From Hydrolagus colliei (taxonomy: Eukaryota), in assembly GCA_035084275.1 (NCBI GenBank), contig CM068755.1:12152001-12216000 (forward strand): 64,000 nucleotides of DNA, in the 5' to 3' direction. Position numbers and translations under genes: made by a program. A model generated the notes under the pieces. It saw only the letters and a list, made by a program, of their open reading frames with translations. It did no database searches and was not told the origin of the DNA. How positions within the stretch are numbered: position 1 is the stretch's first letter; every line of letters begins with the position of its first letter. Shown here piece by piece: positions 50,253-64,000 of this stretch.

Positions 50253-50312
50253 GGGGTGGTTGGAGTGGGTGGGGGTTTGGGTGGGGGTTTGGGTGGGGGG
50301 AGGTGGGGAGGG
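50253..50312 (+). repeat. G-rich tract with G-quadruplex potential
   Basis: GGGTGGGGGTTTGGGTGGGGGTTTGGGTGGGGGGAGGTGGGGAGGG. Confidence 0.75.
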
Positions 50313-50749
50313 ATAGTTCAGAATAAGAGTAAATCAAAATGAGGAGTGTCATGGTTCAATTTTTTCAGGATGGGCATTGTTTGGATAAAGGGCTCTGCAG
50401 CCTTTCTCTGTTGTTGGGCCTACTCCAGCTCACTTAAACAGTAGGTGCCCAATTCCTACTCCTTTCCAACAGACACATGCACATAAAAGGGCAAATCCTG
50501 AGCAGTAGATGGAAAGCAGGCACCGACTGTTCTTGGGATAGCCCTAGTGGGCTAAAAGGAAGGTCCCGAGAATTTAATGGAGATGATCTTCAAGAGATGT
50601 TGATTTTTTTTCGTTTTAATGTTAATAGACTTTAATTCATTTGTTGCGGGGAAATCTTGTCCAAGGAACATTTGCAACCATTTCTAATTTAATACAATGG
50701 AAAAAAAAAGAGTTTTTTTGGCAATAATGTAGAGAACATGTCCTTCAGG

Positions 50750-51000
50750 AACACATAATTGGAAAGGTGCTTTACTGTGATTCTGAAATTCGGGAAGAGA
50801 CAGAGAGTTCCAGAGTCTTGGGATGCATGACAGCCGTTCATTGCGTGAAGGGAATGAGAGTTGTACAGGAGGCCAGAGTCAGCTGAGTAAAGGGGGCAGG
50901 CAGAATATGTGCAGTGTAAGCAGGTTTGAGAGATAGGAAGTAAAATCATCTGAGGTAGAGATTGACTTATCAGAAGTCTATGCGAGGACTGGCCTCGTAT
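50750..51000 (-). mobile_element. Old L2 3' region remnant
   Basis: minus strand PLYSADSGLL and ctctggaactctct resemble L2 LRS.DSGLL...LWNSLP. Confidence 0.5.
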
Positions 51001-51605
51001 GAGATTCAACTTTCCCATGTTGAGAGTCATTAAGTGATTTATCAAAAACTTAGATGTTCTGTAACTCATTTATCTATTTCATTTTTCAGTTTGAAGTCCT
51101 ATTAAACAGGGATATGTCTGTTCAGTATCAGAGCTGGCTTCAACTACAATCACAGAATTATATTTGTTCAAAACACCCCACCCACCCTGCAAAATGTACA
51201 TGATCCAATTTCTGTTGTGGACATCCAGCAATACCTCAATGTCGCAGCATGAACTTTAGAATACTCTGAGCAATATGTGCTGCGGGTTTATGCAATGGAC
51301 CAGAACCCCACCTACAGCAAAGGACTAGGTCCTTTGTTTGTTACCAGCATTACCAGCATTATTGGTTTCCAACTGTTGAAAGATCAGCATATTCTGGTGC
51401 TGGGATTCAACAGGGCTCCAGTCTTGAAAGTTGTGTAGGCATTTGAGCATCTATGTTTCTTGGAAGGAAATTGGGAGATACTATTTTTAGTTTTCTGATA
51501 GTAAAACAGAGCTGTATAGAATGCCAGTGTTCGGAGACTATATGTTTGTTTTTCATAGTGGTAATAATTACAGCTCAGCACCGTCTATATTGATATATTA
51601 TGTAT

Positions 51606-51658
51606 AGCCTATCTTGGCTTGGTCACTTAGAGCCTATCTTGGCTTGGTCACTAAGCCT
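51606..51658. repeat. 22-bp direct repeat, 25-bp period, followed by poly-G (about 51683-51707)
   Basis: AGCCTATCTTGGCTTGGTCACT at 51606 and 51631. Confidence 0.93.
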
Positions 51659-52160
51659 CAAGTATTTCCTGGGAGTGGCGGCGGGGGGGGGGGGGGGGGG
51701 GGGGGGGAAAGAGTGAAATATATGGGGGTAAAGAGAAATCTTCATATGAATTGAACCTTCTCTCTGTTTACAGCCACATTATGGGTTGTGCACTGGGAAC
51801 AGATAAGTACACAGTGTTAATGATCTTATTAAAGATAAAAAAAATCTGCTCTTACCCTATTAGTTCTTATACATTTTTACATTTTGCCATAATAGTAGTC
51901 TAACCAACCTTGTTTTGAGCTATTATGTACAGGAGTTACATTACAGCTGATTTCTATAGTTGACCAGATGTGAGTTAATTGTTCAACCTTTAGACATAGT
52001 GCACTTTTTCAGTGTGCACTGGATGTCATGCACAGAGCTGCATTTGGGCTACTGGGTTTGGAAGGTTGGAGTGCAGTAACATTCAATTCTGAAGGGAAAG
52101 CCTAAATTGGGTTTTCCAAGACTGCTTTTAACAAGCTATTTAAAGTGGTATCATTTATGT

Positions 52161-52176
52161 CCTGTAGATGGCAGTG
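52161..52176 (+). promoter_or_regulatory. Candidate CTCF site
   Basis: CCTGTAGATGGCAGTG, close to the CCAGTAGATGGCAGTG core; motif only. Confidence 0.5.
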
Positions 52177-55100
52177 TAGTCACATGAAACAACATGTAAT
52201 TCCATTCTCTTTGGGATCAGCGCATGCTAAATCCTGAGTGTGGTTTCTGGCAGCTTGGGAGGTATACAGTGCAGATATTTCATGACAACTTGATATAGTT
52301 GGCTAACTGTAATAGACAAGAAGCTGGTTATCTAAATGAATGTTTTGTTGTGTTTCAGTAATTCCTGACTGATTAAGCCCTGTGTAAGGTTACAGATTTG
52401 GTTCCCATATTTGCAAACCATTAGAAAGACTGCTTGAGAGTCTGTCCATGCTATTGATTAGAAATTGTGTTGTCACTAAGATGTGCCTGGTTTCACTCGA
52501 CGATTACAAATTTATTAAAAATGGGATGTCTTCTTTTAGTTCTTCGGTATTTTCAAAATAATGAGATATTTTGAAATAGTGGCATAAAAAAAGATAGTGA
52601 GGAGGGAAACGAAAATGCCTGAGAGCTACTCAGTACTTAAGAACAAAGTGGAAGAAGTATCTTTGCTTCAAAATAGCCAATGTAAGTGATGAGATAAACA
52701 GTGCATCACTTCAAGATTTGTAACCACATCATTCACAATGCTGAAATAGTGCCCTTCCTGCAGAAATGTGATTGAGTTTTATTACAAAAGCAGCCAAAGG
52801 CACTTTCCCCTACATTTCCCCTGGATTATATCACAGAATAGCTATGCAGATTTATGAAATGATAGCCCCCTCCCTCCCAAAAAAACATGCCAAGACTGCT
52901 CATCAGTGGAGATTGTTCCAGCTGGCTCTGGGCTCCACCAGACCCACAGAAGCTTGAGTTCTAAGGCACACTATCAATTGGGAACATATAGCCAAATCAA
53001 TCAGTGCACTTCAAGGGGTGAGGGCATGACACTTTGCCCGTCATTCCTTTGCATCAGGCTTACCTCCTGTCAGCTAAGTAGGGAAGTGGCCTTGGCGTCA
53101 GGTGCTGTGAGAGTCTGTGAACTGTTTGATCAGCTGCGTGAGGGTGTGTGGAGGTCAATGACCATGCTGGAGAGAGAGAGAGAGAGGAAAAGCAGAGGAA
53201 AAACAAGTTGGAGACTCAGAAACTAAAATTACATTAGACGTTTGCTGATAGCATGTGGAATCAAACAAAAGTAGCAAGGAATGTTTGGCAACAGGGATAA
53301 TTTATAATAAAATCATTAGGATTTATGGATCTTGGTTAAATCTTTGCTTCATCCTGGAGGTTTCCCTCTCCTGTGGATTTCGGGTAAGTAAGTAATGATA
53401 CAACAGCAGCTTTTCATGATTATGTGTTATTATTAGCTATCAGACAATACCAAGAAAGAATGATGGGTCCTTGGAACAGCCTAGCCTTACAGCATGTTCT
53501 TGTATTGACATTATAGCTAATGCCTAGTGCATCATAAATAGTTCCTTTTAAAACTCTTGAAATCCATTCAAATATTTTCATTCGCCATTGAGTTGCCTTG
53601 GCCGTACCTTTTTCAAGTTGATGAGATGTAGGGATGAAAATGTGATAATTATCACTGGTGCTACTAAACAATTATTAGTTGTTGACCAGTTTGGAAACAA
53701 ATACTGTTTGCCTTACCAACTCCCACCATCTCCACACTCCCAGCCTTTGCTTCAGTGCAATGGTTCAATTTGATGTGGGCCAGACCGAAGTATTGCTCAT
53801 TGTGGCAGCCCTGAAACACTGCACTCCATGGTCTGAAACAGCAGTAACAGACACTGGAAACTTCAGCTACCTTTAGACCAAGCCATTGTTCTGACATCAG
53901 GAGAGGTTATACTGAAAGGGATCAATAAATTGAACATCATTTTGGGCTGCAATCTTTGTGTTTGCTGCTATATCACTCCATTGACTATGATCCTCCATTA
54001 AAATTGCTGCAATATTAAAGCGGTATTGAGATGAGAAAGTTATGTTAGTTGTCTGTGTATTTGTTGTTTATGATTAATATCTGTATACAAATTATATGGA
54101 TCCAATTCTACGCAGCTCTTAAAAGCAATAGGTAGTCTTTCCATCGCTTGTTAATCTTCTAACCAACTATTAGTTTGAACAATATGTACCATCTTTACAT
54201 TTAGCCTTTATTCTTCCACTACCCTTGCTATATTACTTCTGTTCGACTTCCTACTATTACAAGGTTCAGGTTCTTAAATAATGCATAAAGCTCTGAATTG
54301 AATTTCATATTTCTCTTAAGAGGTTTTCATGGGGCATGGAGGTATTCAGACAATTCACAGTCTTTAGACTTGGAAAGAAAGTTTGAGTTACAGTTGATGA
54401 GTTGGGCAATTTTGACTGGAATAGATTTCTGTCCACAATTTCTTGATGTTTGGCCAAATTGAAACATTATTTAGGTCACATGTTACAGACCATGGCATAA
54501 CTCTTGTTTACTCACACAGCCATTCTAATTTTAGATGGTCATACCTTTACCAATAGGAGATTGGACCTTGTGACATTGTTGAAACTCTCATCACCTTCAC
54601 TTCAGAACTAGGATTTCCTTAAAATCTTTCCCAGCCTATCTCAAATGTACAGGTACGAAGGGCTAATCTCACTGGTTTTGTGGCCTTGGATCAGTCTATG
54701 CCTCTATGACCAACCCTAGCTGGTTGGGAATATGGCTCTAGTCATAGTCTAGTCTCCCACCAGGATTTTAGCCATTGTTCCTACAGTGCAGTCAATAATT
54801 CTCAATCCATCAGGAGGCTCCAGGGATTTTACTCCTTCAAATATCTCACTTTCCCTATTTATGTGAAGTAATTGTGTGGCAACTCATTTTCTATCAACTA
54901 GTTTATTGACCAGTTGCCTTGTTTTTTAATGTTTAATTCACTGGGTAATGTCATGCAGTGACACCAGGGGATTTATTTGCTGTATTAGTCATCGGTTCAG
55001 GTAGTTTGTTGGCAAATTCTAAAAGTATTCTATAAACTGCCTCTTAGCTTTAATAAACAGAAGAGTTGCTGGTATTCCCATGGCACTGAGAATTTATGGA

Positions 55101-58100
55101 AATCAGTTACTAAATTAATTGTCAGATTTTGATTGTAGAAACCATGAAAAACAAACTTGCAGAAATAAGTTTAAATTTTGTGATGTCCTCTTCTCTCAAG
55201 CATTTGCTCTGGGTACAGGAAAAAAAATATTGAAGTGGATTACAATATTTATATTGCTGTTCTTTCTTGACTGCCATAGAGTTAGATAATTCGGCAGCAT
55301 CAGTGACCAGTTGATGCTTGGACACACAATGATGAAGTGGGATTAAGGCCACCGCAAAGCGAGTTTCCTATCTCGGCTCTGCTGGTAGGCAAAGCATAAG
55401 CAAACTTTCTTCTCTGTCATGAAGACAATACTAGAGACTAAGGTAATCACATGCCACTCTTTCAAACCTAGTAGATGCTAGTAATGCTGGTTTGAGGAAC
55501 AGCAACAACTGGAGTTGATATAGCACCCTCCACGCTGGGCAGGCAGTGTCTCAGAGCATTACCTGCAGAGCATGGTGCTGCGTTGTTCATTTGTTCTATC
55601 CCAACCAAATCTCTATGGAGATGTAGGGTGCAGAATTCTACCTCACCTTAGCTTATAAGACCATTTTGTCTTCAAATTTAATATTGTGTAAAATTGTGTT
55701 TTAATTCCCCATTGATTTGCAAATGCACTGGCTTTAAACTAAGATTGAATTGAAGAATTTTCCAAAACTGTTGCACGAGTATACTCAATTTTCTCCAGGC
55801 TAAGTCTTGGGTGAAATGTCAAGCCTGCGGTGAATTGTCAATGACTGATGAATGGGCCTTATAAGATCAGAGAGCATGGTATGAAGCAGAAAATACTCGA
55901 GACCCATTATATCTCGGGCAGAACCACTGCTGTACTGACAGAATGTCTGTCAAAACATCAAGTCCTGCATGAGAGGGATGTTCTCCTGATGTGAATGGTG
56001 CTATACAAATGTAATGTTGTCATTGTATATCAAAAACTTTGTGCATCAAAAATTTTGAACCCGTTTTGTTGCTTGCTGAATCCTACAGGAAGGTTTTTCT
56101 TCATGCCAGTTAGTAATGGCTCAATTGAGTCCCATTTATTATCAGAAAATTTGGCAAATGCACAGCATTTTGCATCTGAAAGAGAGATGGGGCTGACAAG
56201 GGTGGGTGGGGGATATATAATAGTTATGAGTCCTCATCAGAATCCATTGAGTTATGATGAAAGGTTCATACCCAGGAACTTAACCTCCAGTTCTCTTTCC
56301 GATTGACTCTCTGAGCAGCGTTTCCTGCCTTCACTTCACATTTCCAGCATTCACTTCTTCTAATCTCCGTTTATTTTCCTTTCTCTCTCTACTTACAAAA
56401 CTCTCGATTCGTTTTAACGGACTCCCATGCATTCTTCCGTTGATTTGCACCCTTTCTTCACAAAATTGCCATGCAGATGTGCGCTCACTCTGCTGTATTG
56501 TCATTTTCCCTTCATGGCAGACAGATTAAAGTATTCACAGGTGCCTCTAAATGAGCGATGTAATCAAGATCTTCACAGGAACTGCAGGTTCAGTCACTGC
56601 TGGAGCTATGAGTCTATTTCAGAGCAATTTGATTGTAAAATGGTTTATCTCGTCTCTTTTTTTGAGATATGACATCCTGTTGAAATGAATTCTTGTTACA
56701 GCCATAATTTTGTAGAGGATCAAAGACATTAAGATTCGAGGGAGGGAGTGCACTATACATAGAGAGCACTTGCGCAGAGTGAATGACTTCTCGTGATTTG
56801 GGGCGACAAAGTGCAGGTTGGAAAACCGTTGAAAACTGTGATGTTTCTTAACAGATTGAATTTGACATTGATCACAGAAATTTAACCAGTATCCCTGAAA
56901 GCTACATTGAAATATGATGCTTTGTGGTTGACAACATTGCTTGGCTCCTTAAAGGACACACATTGTCAAGGCGATACAGTAGTATCTGAGTAGTACCACG
57001 CAGCCAGCTTAACCCTAGACAAACATACACTTCTCTCCGCTCCAACAACAGCTATAAATTGGACAGTTGTAAACTGTTAGTATTTTGCCATGGTTTATTA
57101 AATATACCTGATTTGCTTCCCAGCTGGCCACTCCAGTGGAGCGGTGAATTGAAACACTAGATTTGTAAAAGATTTGTTTGGTTATAAATGTCAATTTCTC
57201 TATTTGTAACCAGATTTGAAGCACTGACATGAAAGCTGCAGGTTACAAGGCAACTAAGTTCAACCCGAGTTCAGAGGTCTATATTAAAACACAAGCGTAA
57301 AAGCTGCTCACGAACTGAAGAGATCATTTTCAGTACAGTAGTTCTGCTGTATTCGCACAATACAGCTATTCTTAGGTCTCTGAGCAGCGTAGAGAAACTG
57401 ATCTAATTATCAGTGATGGTTGAAGTGTAGTCTTTAATTGGGGGAAACCTCCAGATGTACCATCAGAATTCATTATTAGCATAAAAATGTCTTAATAGTT
57501 TCAATAAGAAATCTTATGGCTTAGAACAGTGTTGCATTATTTAGTGACAACCTCGCAGAGCTCTGCACATGATTAGACTCCATGTCCATTCACTAGTAGG
57601 GAACTGTCTACCCAAATACTTCTTGTACATTTATTATGTGGCTTGTTCTATTTTAAGGGGCAATTCTTGGATTTTTTTTGTGAATTCCAGAGAGCGTTCA
57701 CCAAGTATTAAATAATTAGTGGTGTGTGGGGACTAATTAATTCTTCCTGTTTGGGTTTCAAGATTTTCAGGTTTAGGTACCCAAAACATAATGTGCCAGA
57801 TAATCACACGCAAAGATAAATACATTTTACACACGTGTGCAACGAATGCATGGTTTAACGTCTCATTCAAAGCACCTCCAACAATGCAACGCATCACCAG
57901 CACTGCATTGGATCAACAGCCTAAAGTGTACGTGTTCAAAATCCAGATGTGTGGCTTGAACCACAACCTTCTGGCTCAGAGACGAGAGAGGTAACAACCG
58001 AGACAGGCTAACAAACATGGATATGTGCACCAGCCTACTCCCAAAGGCAAGACAAAATCAGGACCATTCCTTTCCTTCTCCTATCAATACACACCAATCT

Positions 58101-61100
58101 TCCACCACCTGTTTCAAGTTGATCCGCAGCTAGTTTCAAATTGAAGAAATATAAACATCCAGGAGGAACCAGTGAATTATTATCGAATTAAGTGACCTCT
58201 ACAGCTCAGTTCATGTTTTGTTTGTTTGCTGTGGTTAGGTGCACCATGTTGTATAATCTAGCAGTGATATTCTAATAGTTTGTGCATGGAATCTCCTATG
58301 TTTTTCTTTTTAGTTCTGCTAAATGTACCTTCTGGATTATGAGTCCTTTGACCCAATCCCATGATAGTATGAATTGTTAATGCCTCACTACTATAGGCTT
58401 TGTTAAAATATATGATTTTGGGGGGCCTATCATTAGATTTGTTAATATTGTCCCGTATCAATTTATTATCACTGCATCGAAGAGCATTTATCCATTTCAG
58501 AAAGTGCTTTTTACTTGCGTTTCCTCACCCATGTAGGAAAAGGAATTGCAGCTCATTTCTAGGTCCCACAAATTCTGCAGTGATAGACTATTGAGCTAAA
58601 GGCCGTTTCATCTTGCAGAGAAAATCTTTCACTCTGCTACAAGTAACAATAACGATTATAAAACATTCTATTTAATTCCAAAGGAAAACAAAGTTTACTT
58701 ATTACAAGTCAGGCATAGCCTTTCAGTGGAGTCATTGTACATTATAGAGAATGACAACTGGATTCAGCTAACACTCCTGCTTAAAAGCCTAGGGGGAGCA
58801 TTACATGTCCAGTCTTCTGATCTATCATCAGGGAGGTCGACTGGTGTTAATGCACCCAACGCAGATTACAGACCTCTTCTAGATGTTGTTAATACAAGAT
58901 ACACTTTGCGAAGCATTTAAATGGAATCCAAAGGTGACGGTTCATGTCAATGCAGTCTTTTGAAAGGGCGAGGGTGGATCTCGTTCCTTTTAGACATAAA
59001 GACCCTGTAACCTGACCACTGATAAAACACTAAAGTGTGGATTATGCTGTATGTGGCAATTCTGACATCTTGTTCATCTTACCTTTACCTGTCTTGTAAA
59101 CCATAACCCGAAGCCACATCATGACAGATGACATTTGAATAGAAAACACATTCTGATAGCAACGTTTAAGCCTTGCCATGTCATGTCAAAAAAACATTAC
59201 TGCTTATTAATGGATGAAGAGGATTAATGCTGACCAGAGCTGCTAAGAATTTAAAGCTCTTAATTTCCCTTACCCTTTGACTGTTGAACCACATTTTTAG
59301 CTTCCCACAATTGCACACCATTGCATTCGATATTTTACCGTTTTGTCACCTCCTCCTCTGAAGCCGTAGCTTTTATTGGAGTATGTTTCCAAGATAGTTG
59401 GCAGCCACTTGCATTTCACTGCAATCGCCGTTACTCAAGCAGCAGCCTTGAGAACGAGTGATTGGAACTTCTTTGACTGTAAGGGCACCAAACCCAATTG
59501 TAATTAACCATTTTAGATTAGAAATCAAACTAGGGATCTTCTTGTCTAACACCTCAGGGCTCTTGCATCATTGTGCTGCTTTACTGTAATGTTCCAATGG
59601 TCAAATCTCAGGGATAATAAAAGAAAGTCATGCAACGAGAGAATTTAACCAAAAGTTTTGCAATGATGCAATTGTGATTCAAAAATTTCATTCATAAACT
59701 AGTATTTCTCATTTTAATATTTCTATGGATCAAACAATCTCTGTTCCAGTAAAACTGTTAGGCCAAGTGTAATGAGGACCACACAAAAAATGTCAAGTAT
59801 GCCTCTAATCATTGTTAGTTTTCCAGGCCTTACATCAATACTCTCTTAAAATGATGAGCTTTCATTTGTCAAGGGATATTTAATTCAAATTGGGCCTCTA
59901 GTTATAGTTAATTCAATAGAAATTCTGTGTATTAATAAATTAGTTCTGTTATTAAATATTTACACTGAGGTGCAGAAGTTGGGGAGGACTCTTGTCAGTA
60001 TGTATTTTTCCAACAATACATTCCCTTTGCGCAGTGGAATGTTTGATGTTTGCTTGTCCACCGGTAGTAGGTAAATCGCTTTAGGGCGACACTGAGTGAG
60101 TCTTGTTTAGCTCTCGTGTTTTTGTGAATGGTTGTTTTGGGAACAAAAAGATGCATCTCAAAAGCGAGTGCAACATTTACCAATCCTATACCATTTTATG
60201 GAACAGTCGAACCCAAGTGCATTGTGTACTTCTTTAGTCGAGGTTCTGTGCTATTTTTCCACAGGCACGTACCTACTTGCACTGGTGGGGCCAAGCCGCA
60301 GACTGCTCATTACTGCTCTGCAGTTATCCGCTGTAACCCTGTTTGGAGTGGGATAAAAGCTACACTCTTCTATTTTGTTTTCTCCATCACCCTTCAAATG
60401 ACTGCTTTGCTTTCGTAAGGTGCAATTAATTCAACAGCCTGGCCAAAAACTAAAAAAAAAGCTCATCTTAATTGACTCTGGCAGTTACTGGAGTCAGGCA
60501 CAACTGAAATGTGAACCTACAGCCTGTGCATTTTAGTGATTTAGGTATGTATTATCAGTATTGTTATGCTAACATGTGTTATTGTTATTCAATTATTTTT
60601 TACTCCCATTGAATATTACATGAATGTGTTTCCAAAATTCAGGGAGAACTTTTTTGAAATTAAATTTTAAGAGTGTTACATACCATAATACACTTCCAGT
60701 TGAAAAATTGGGTTGACGTTTTGTCTATTGAAACCTCAATCGTGTTGGTATGCAACAGACATCAAAAAGTGGACAGGTAATTAATAAAAGTTGCACACAT
60801 CAGTTAACAAAGCTCATATTTTATTTACTAGTTTTGTTTCTATGGATAAGCCTGAGGTCAGATTTTATTAATTAAAAGTTAGCAGGATTGGTAAATCAGA
60901 AATGATACCAGAGTGTTGCATTATTTTAAGTTCTTAGCTTGACCTTCAGTCAGATACAGATAATAAAATTGATTAGAATAAGGCGGACCTGGATTCAAAG
61001 CGTTTGTTGAAGTACTCTGAAATACTTCAGCATGGACTAGTTTGCCCAAATGGCACATTTCTGCACTGTATGGTCTCTGTAAGTGTTTGCAAAATGGGTC

Positions 61101-64000
61101 CAAAATCATGCTTAAGGATTCTCTTCTACTCTCATTTAGAGTTTGTTTATGGAAGTGACTTGGCTCTTTGACTCCTAAATTGTTCTCTTTGCTGTAAGTT
61201 TAAGCGTTCCACTGCTTAGTTTTGCCCTGTGCCAGAAATTAACATGGAGTTACCAGTGATTCTCAGTTGAACCGTGTTTAATCATTGGCCTCAGTTATAT
61301 TTCTTTCTCATTGCCATCTCTCCTCCACTTTACTGTCATGTGGCATTATTGGAATTTAGCCATGAGCAATAGAATTATTCAGTCTTTGCTTTGTGATCAT
61401 TGATGGCAATTATGACTCAGCAGAAACAAGAAAAGCAAGATCGCTTCTCTAACACAATGTCACAACTGTTATTGTGAAGTTGATGTATTTTCACTTAATC
61501 TGATAACGATCGGATTCCTCAGCAATTAATTTCTCCTAATTATCCAGTTACTGAAGTATGTACTTCTTGCCTTTTATACAGTTAACTCTACAAGAACTCG
61601 AGTTTTCCGTGTAAGATCCATCTGTTTTTTAACAAAGGTTCTGTGCAACATTTTTCCTTGTGTTTGGAATGTTTTCTCTTCTTTAAACCCTGAAAGCAGC
61701 TTTATAAGTTCAATCAGGCATGTTTCTTTTCCCTCTTCTAAATCCGCAGAGCTTGAGCTGATAGTTTAAACACATTCTCCGCCACCCAGAAGCGATTAAA
61801 AAATATATATATATAGGTATACTGTATACTGTATATAATATTTAATATTATAGCTATTAGGTTTTATAAGTGCCTGTTATAAAGCAATATGACACTTGCA
61901 CTTCAAGTTGCAAAGCATTCCAGGGAATCCTCCGGAATTCTCAAAAAGCATTTGTATCAATATAACTTGCAGCAGGTAACTTGATTCAACCTTGATGAAT
62001 ACCCGACTGACTTGCATTGAAAAAGGATGACAATATTATAGGCTGGTTTAGTCCATGTTAGTGAAATGAATCTGTTGGATCTTAAACAGTTGTCAATCAT
62101 ACCTGCATCATTGCAAATATACATTTTTTTTCTCGCATAACACTAGAATTGGGTCTTTAGAACTTTTATATAATAAAATGCATTCTGGAGTTGACCATTT
62201 CATGGGAAATACAGGAGCACTGCTCCCAATATTAAGCAATTTTTTGTTTTTTAAAAAAAATTAACCAATTCACAAAGTTTTACTGCATTCTTGGAACTCC
62301 ATTAGAATTAAAAATATATGTTTTTTTAAATGGAATCTTATTTTCTTATTGATCATGGAGGAAGTTTCATATTAGAATGCAATATCTCTTATCAACTTGT
62401 AATATGAAGAAATGGACTGAAAGTATTACCCACTCGTTCAGGTTGTGAGGCAGATAACGACTGTCAATGCAAGTTTTCATTGCAAAATAGGCTCCACAGC
62501 TGGTGATTTAACTTTTCCCGTAGCTGAACTGGGATGAACATTTTTTTTCAGACAGCGCAAATTTGACTAAAATAGCAGATGGGAGATTAAACGCTTTATG
62601 ACTGGTTTCATTGATCTAAGAGACTAATTGAACTCATCCCTAAGGTCTGGACAATGAAAGATTAGTGATTAGATTACCTCTATAAACGTGTAGTGATTTC
62701 ATTACAATAGGATTGTTGTTTCAAACAAATTATATGTTTGCTGAATCGGGACATTCAATTGTTTTAAATTCAAGAACTGGGTTTCTTCACATGCTGAGTA
62801 TATTTAGATCAGGTTCCATTTTCAAACGTTGGGGTGAGATTTGACCATGTGTTTTGGAGTAAGGTTTGACTGTAAAATGTCTTTTGGTGGTAATAATAAC
62901 AAACACTGCATTTGATATAACACATCTCATGTCAGGAGAATGTCTCAAAGCACTTCACAGTATATACTGTAAAGTGTACTGACTGTTCCTTTATACATTG
63001 ATCGTTCTGTGGGTTGTGTGTTCAATAGACAACAGGTGTTTTCTGTTTCAACAAACTTGGGAGTTGAAATACAATGTTTCATAACTGATTCAATGTGATA
63101 ATTACCATATCGAATCTGAAATGGAATCTATATTTTCCACTTTTTTATGTGAAAATGGAATCTTAGTTTGAGGAGGAGGTGGTTAGAACAGGTCTGAAGT
63201 CAAACCTGAGGGAAGAGCAATGCCTAATGTGGACATGAACTTGGTACTGGTAGTCTGTAGTTTATTGTACAGATTATTTTGACTATGAAGATAATTTAAA
63301 CCTGCTGCTTTGCTCCTTCAGCACCAAATATATCCTAAAATATCAAAAGGAGATGGTTGGGGGAAGGCATTTATAGCAACTTAAAAAGAACCATGCATTT
63401 GTTCTCTATATTAAAAAAAATTGCTCACATTCATAATAATGATCAAATGTATGATTAGGATAAACTAATATACTAAGACAGGCATCATTACTAGTACAGT
63501 ATACTAGCAGATTTGGGAGGCCTCATTGTAAAGCCCCTTATTAGGAGAATGCAGAGAGTAAAACTTCTAATATCAATTAGTTTAAACAAACTGCATTCTA
63601 CAGCAATGGATATAGAGTGCTATAAATGTTACATTAAAACTGTTATGTGGTTTCATAAATAATATCCCTTTCTTGTTCGTTTTCTAAGTTCTTTCCCACC
63701 CACAGCATATATCATGCCTAGCTAAAAAGGATAGTGTTGACATTGGACTGGTAAATAGCTTGACACTCTCTTTGATTTTGTTTTAATCCTCTAAAGAGAA
63801 ATGATTCTGCCAGTTCCTGAAATCAGGAACTCGCCATGTGGCAAATTGCAGGGGTCAATCCAGATCCTGCTGTTCTTTGGTAAAATGCCTTCATGAACTG
63901 ATGTGCTAGGCCACCCATGAATATTACTGTGTATGCAACAGCTATAAAATGTAAAATGAGATGAGATTTGAGGTAGCAAAGCTAATACCTCTAGGGATCT

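Overview
Vertebrate genomic DNA, most likely a cartilaginous fish such as a chimaera/elephant shark (inferred from the repeat landscape, not verified). The window lies inside one + strand gene, MCTP2 (multiple C2 and transmembrane domain protein 2). I traced 13 consecutive GT-AG coding exons (18455-43966; 1442 nt) that splice into one open frame covering most of C2A, all of C2B and C2C, and the pre-transmembrane segment. Bases 1-18454 and 43967-64000 appear to be two large introns. The introns hold young tRNA-derived SINEs, older Deu-domain SINEs, L2 and CR1 LINE remnants, a TA-flanked Tigger/pogo-like MITE and an LF-SINE-like relic. I see no prokaryote-type system (no CRISPR, operon, rRNA or true tRNA). 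The best leads are a perfect 29-bp inverted repeat enclosing a possible terminal exon, tail-to-tail retroposon hairpins, the LF-SINE-like element, an atypical splice acceptor, and a repeat-poor intron with a candidate internal first exon. All homology statements are from recall and manual reading; no searches were run.
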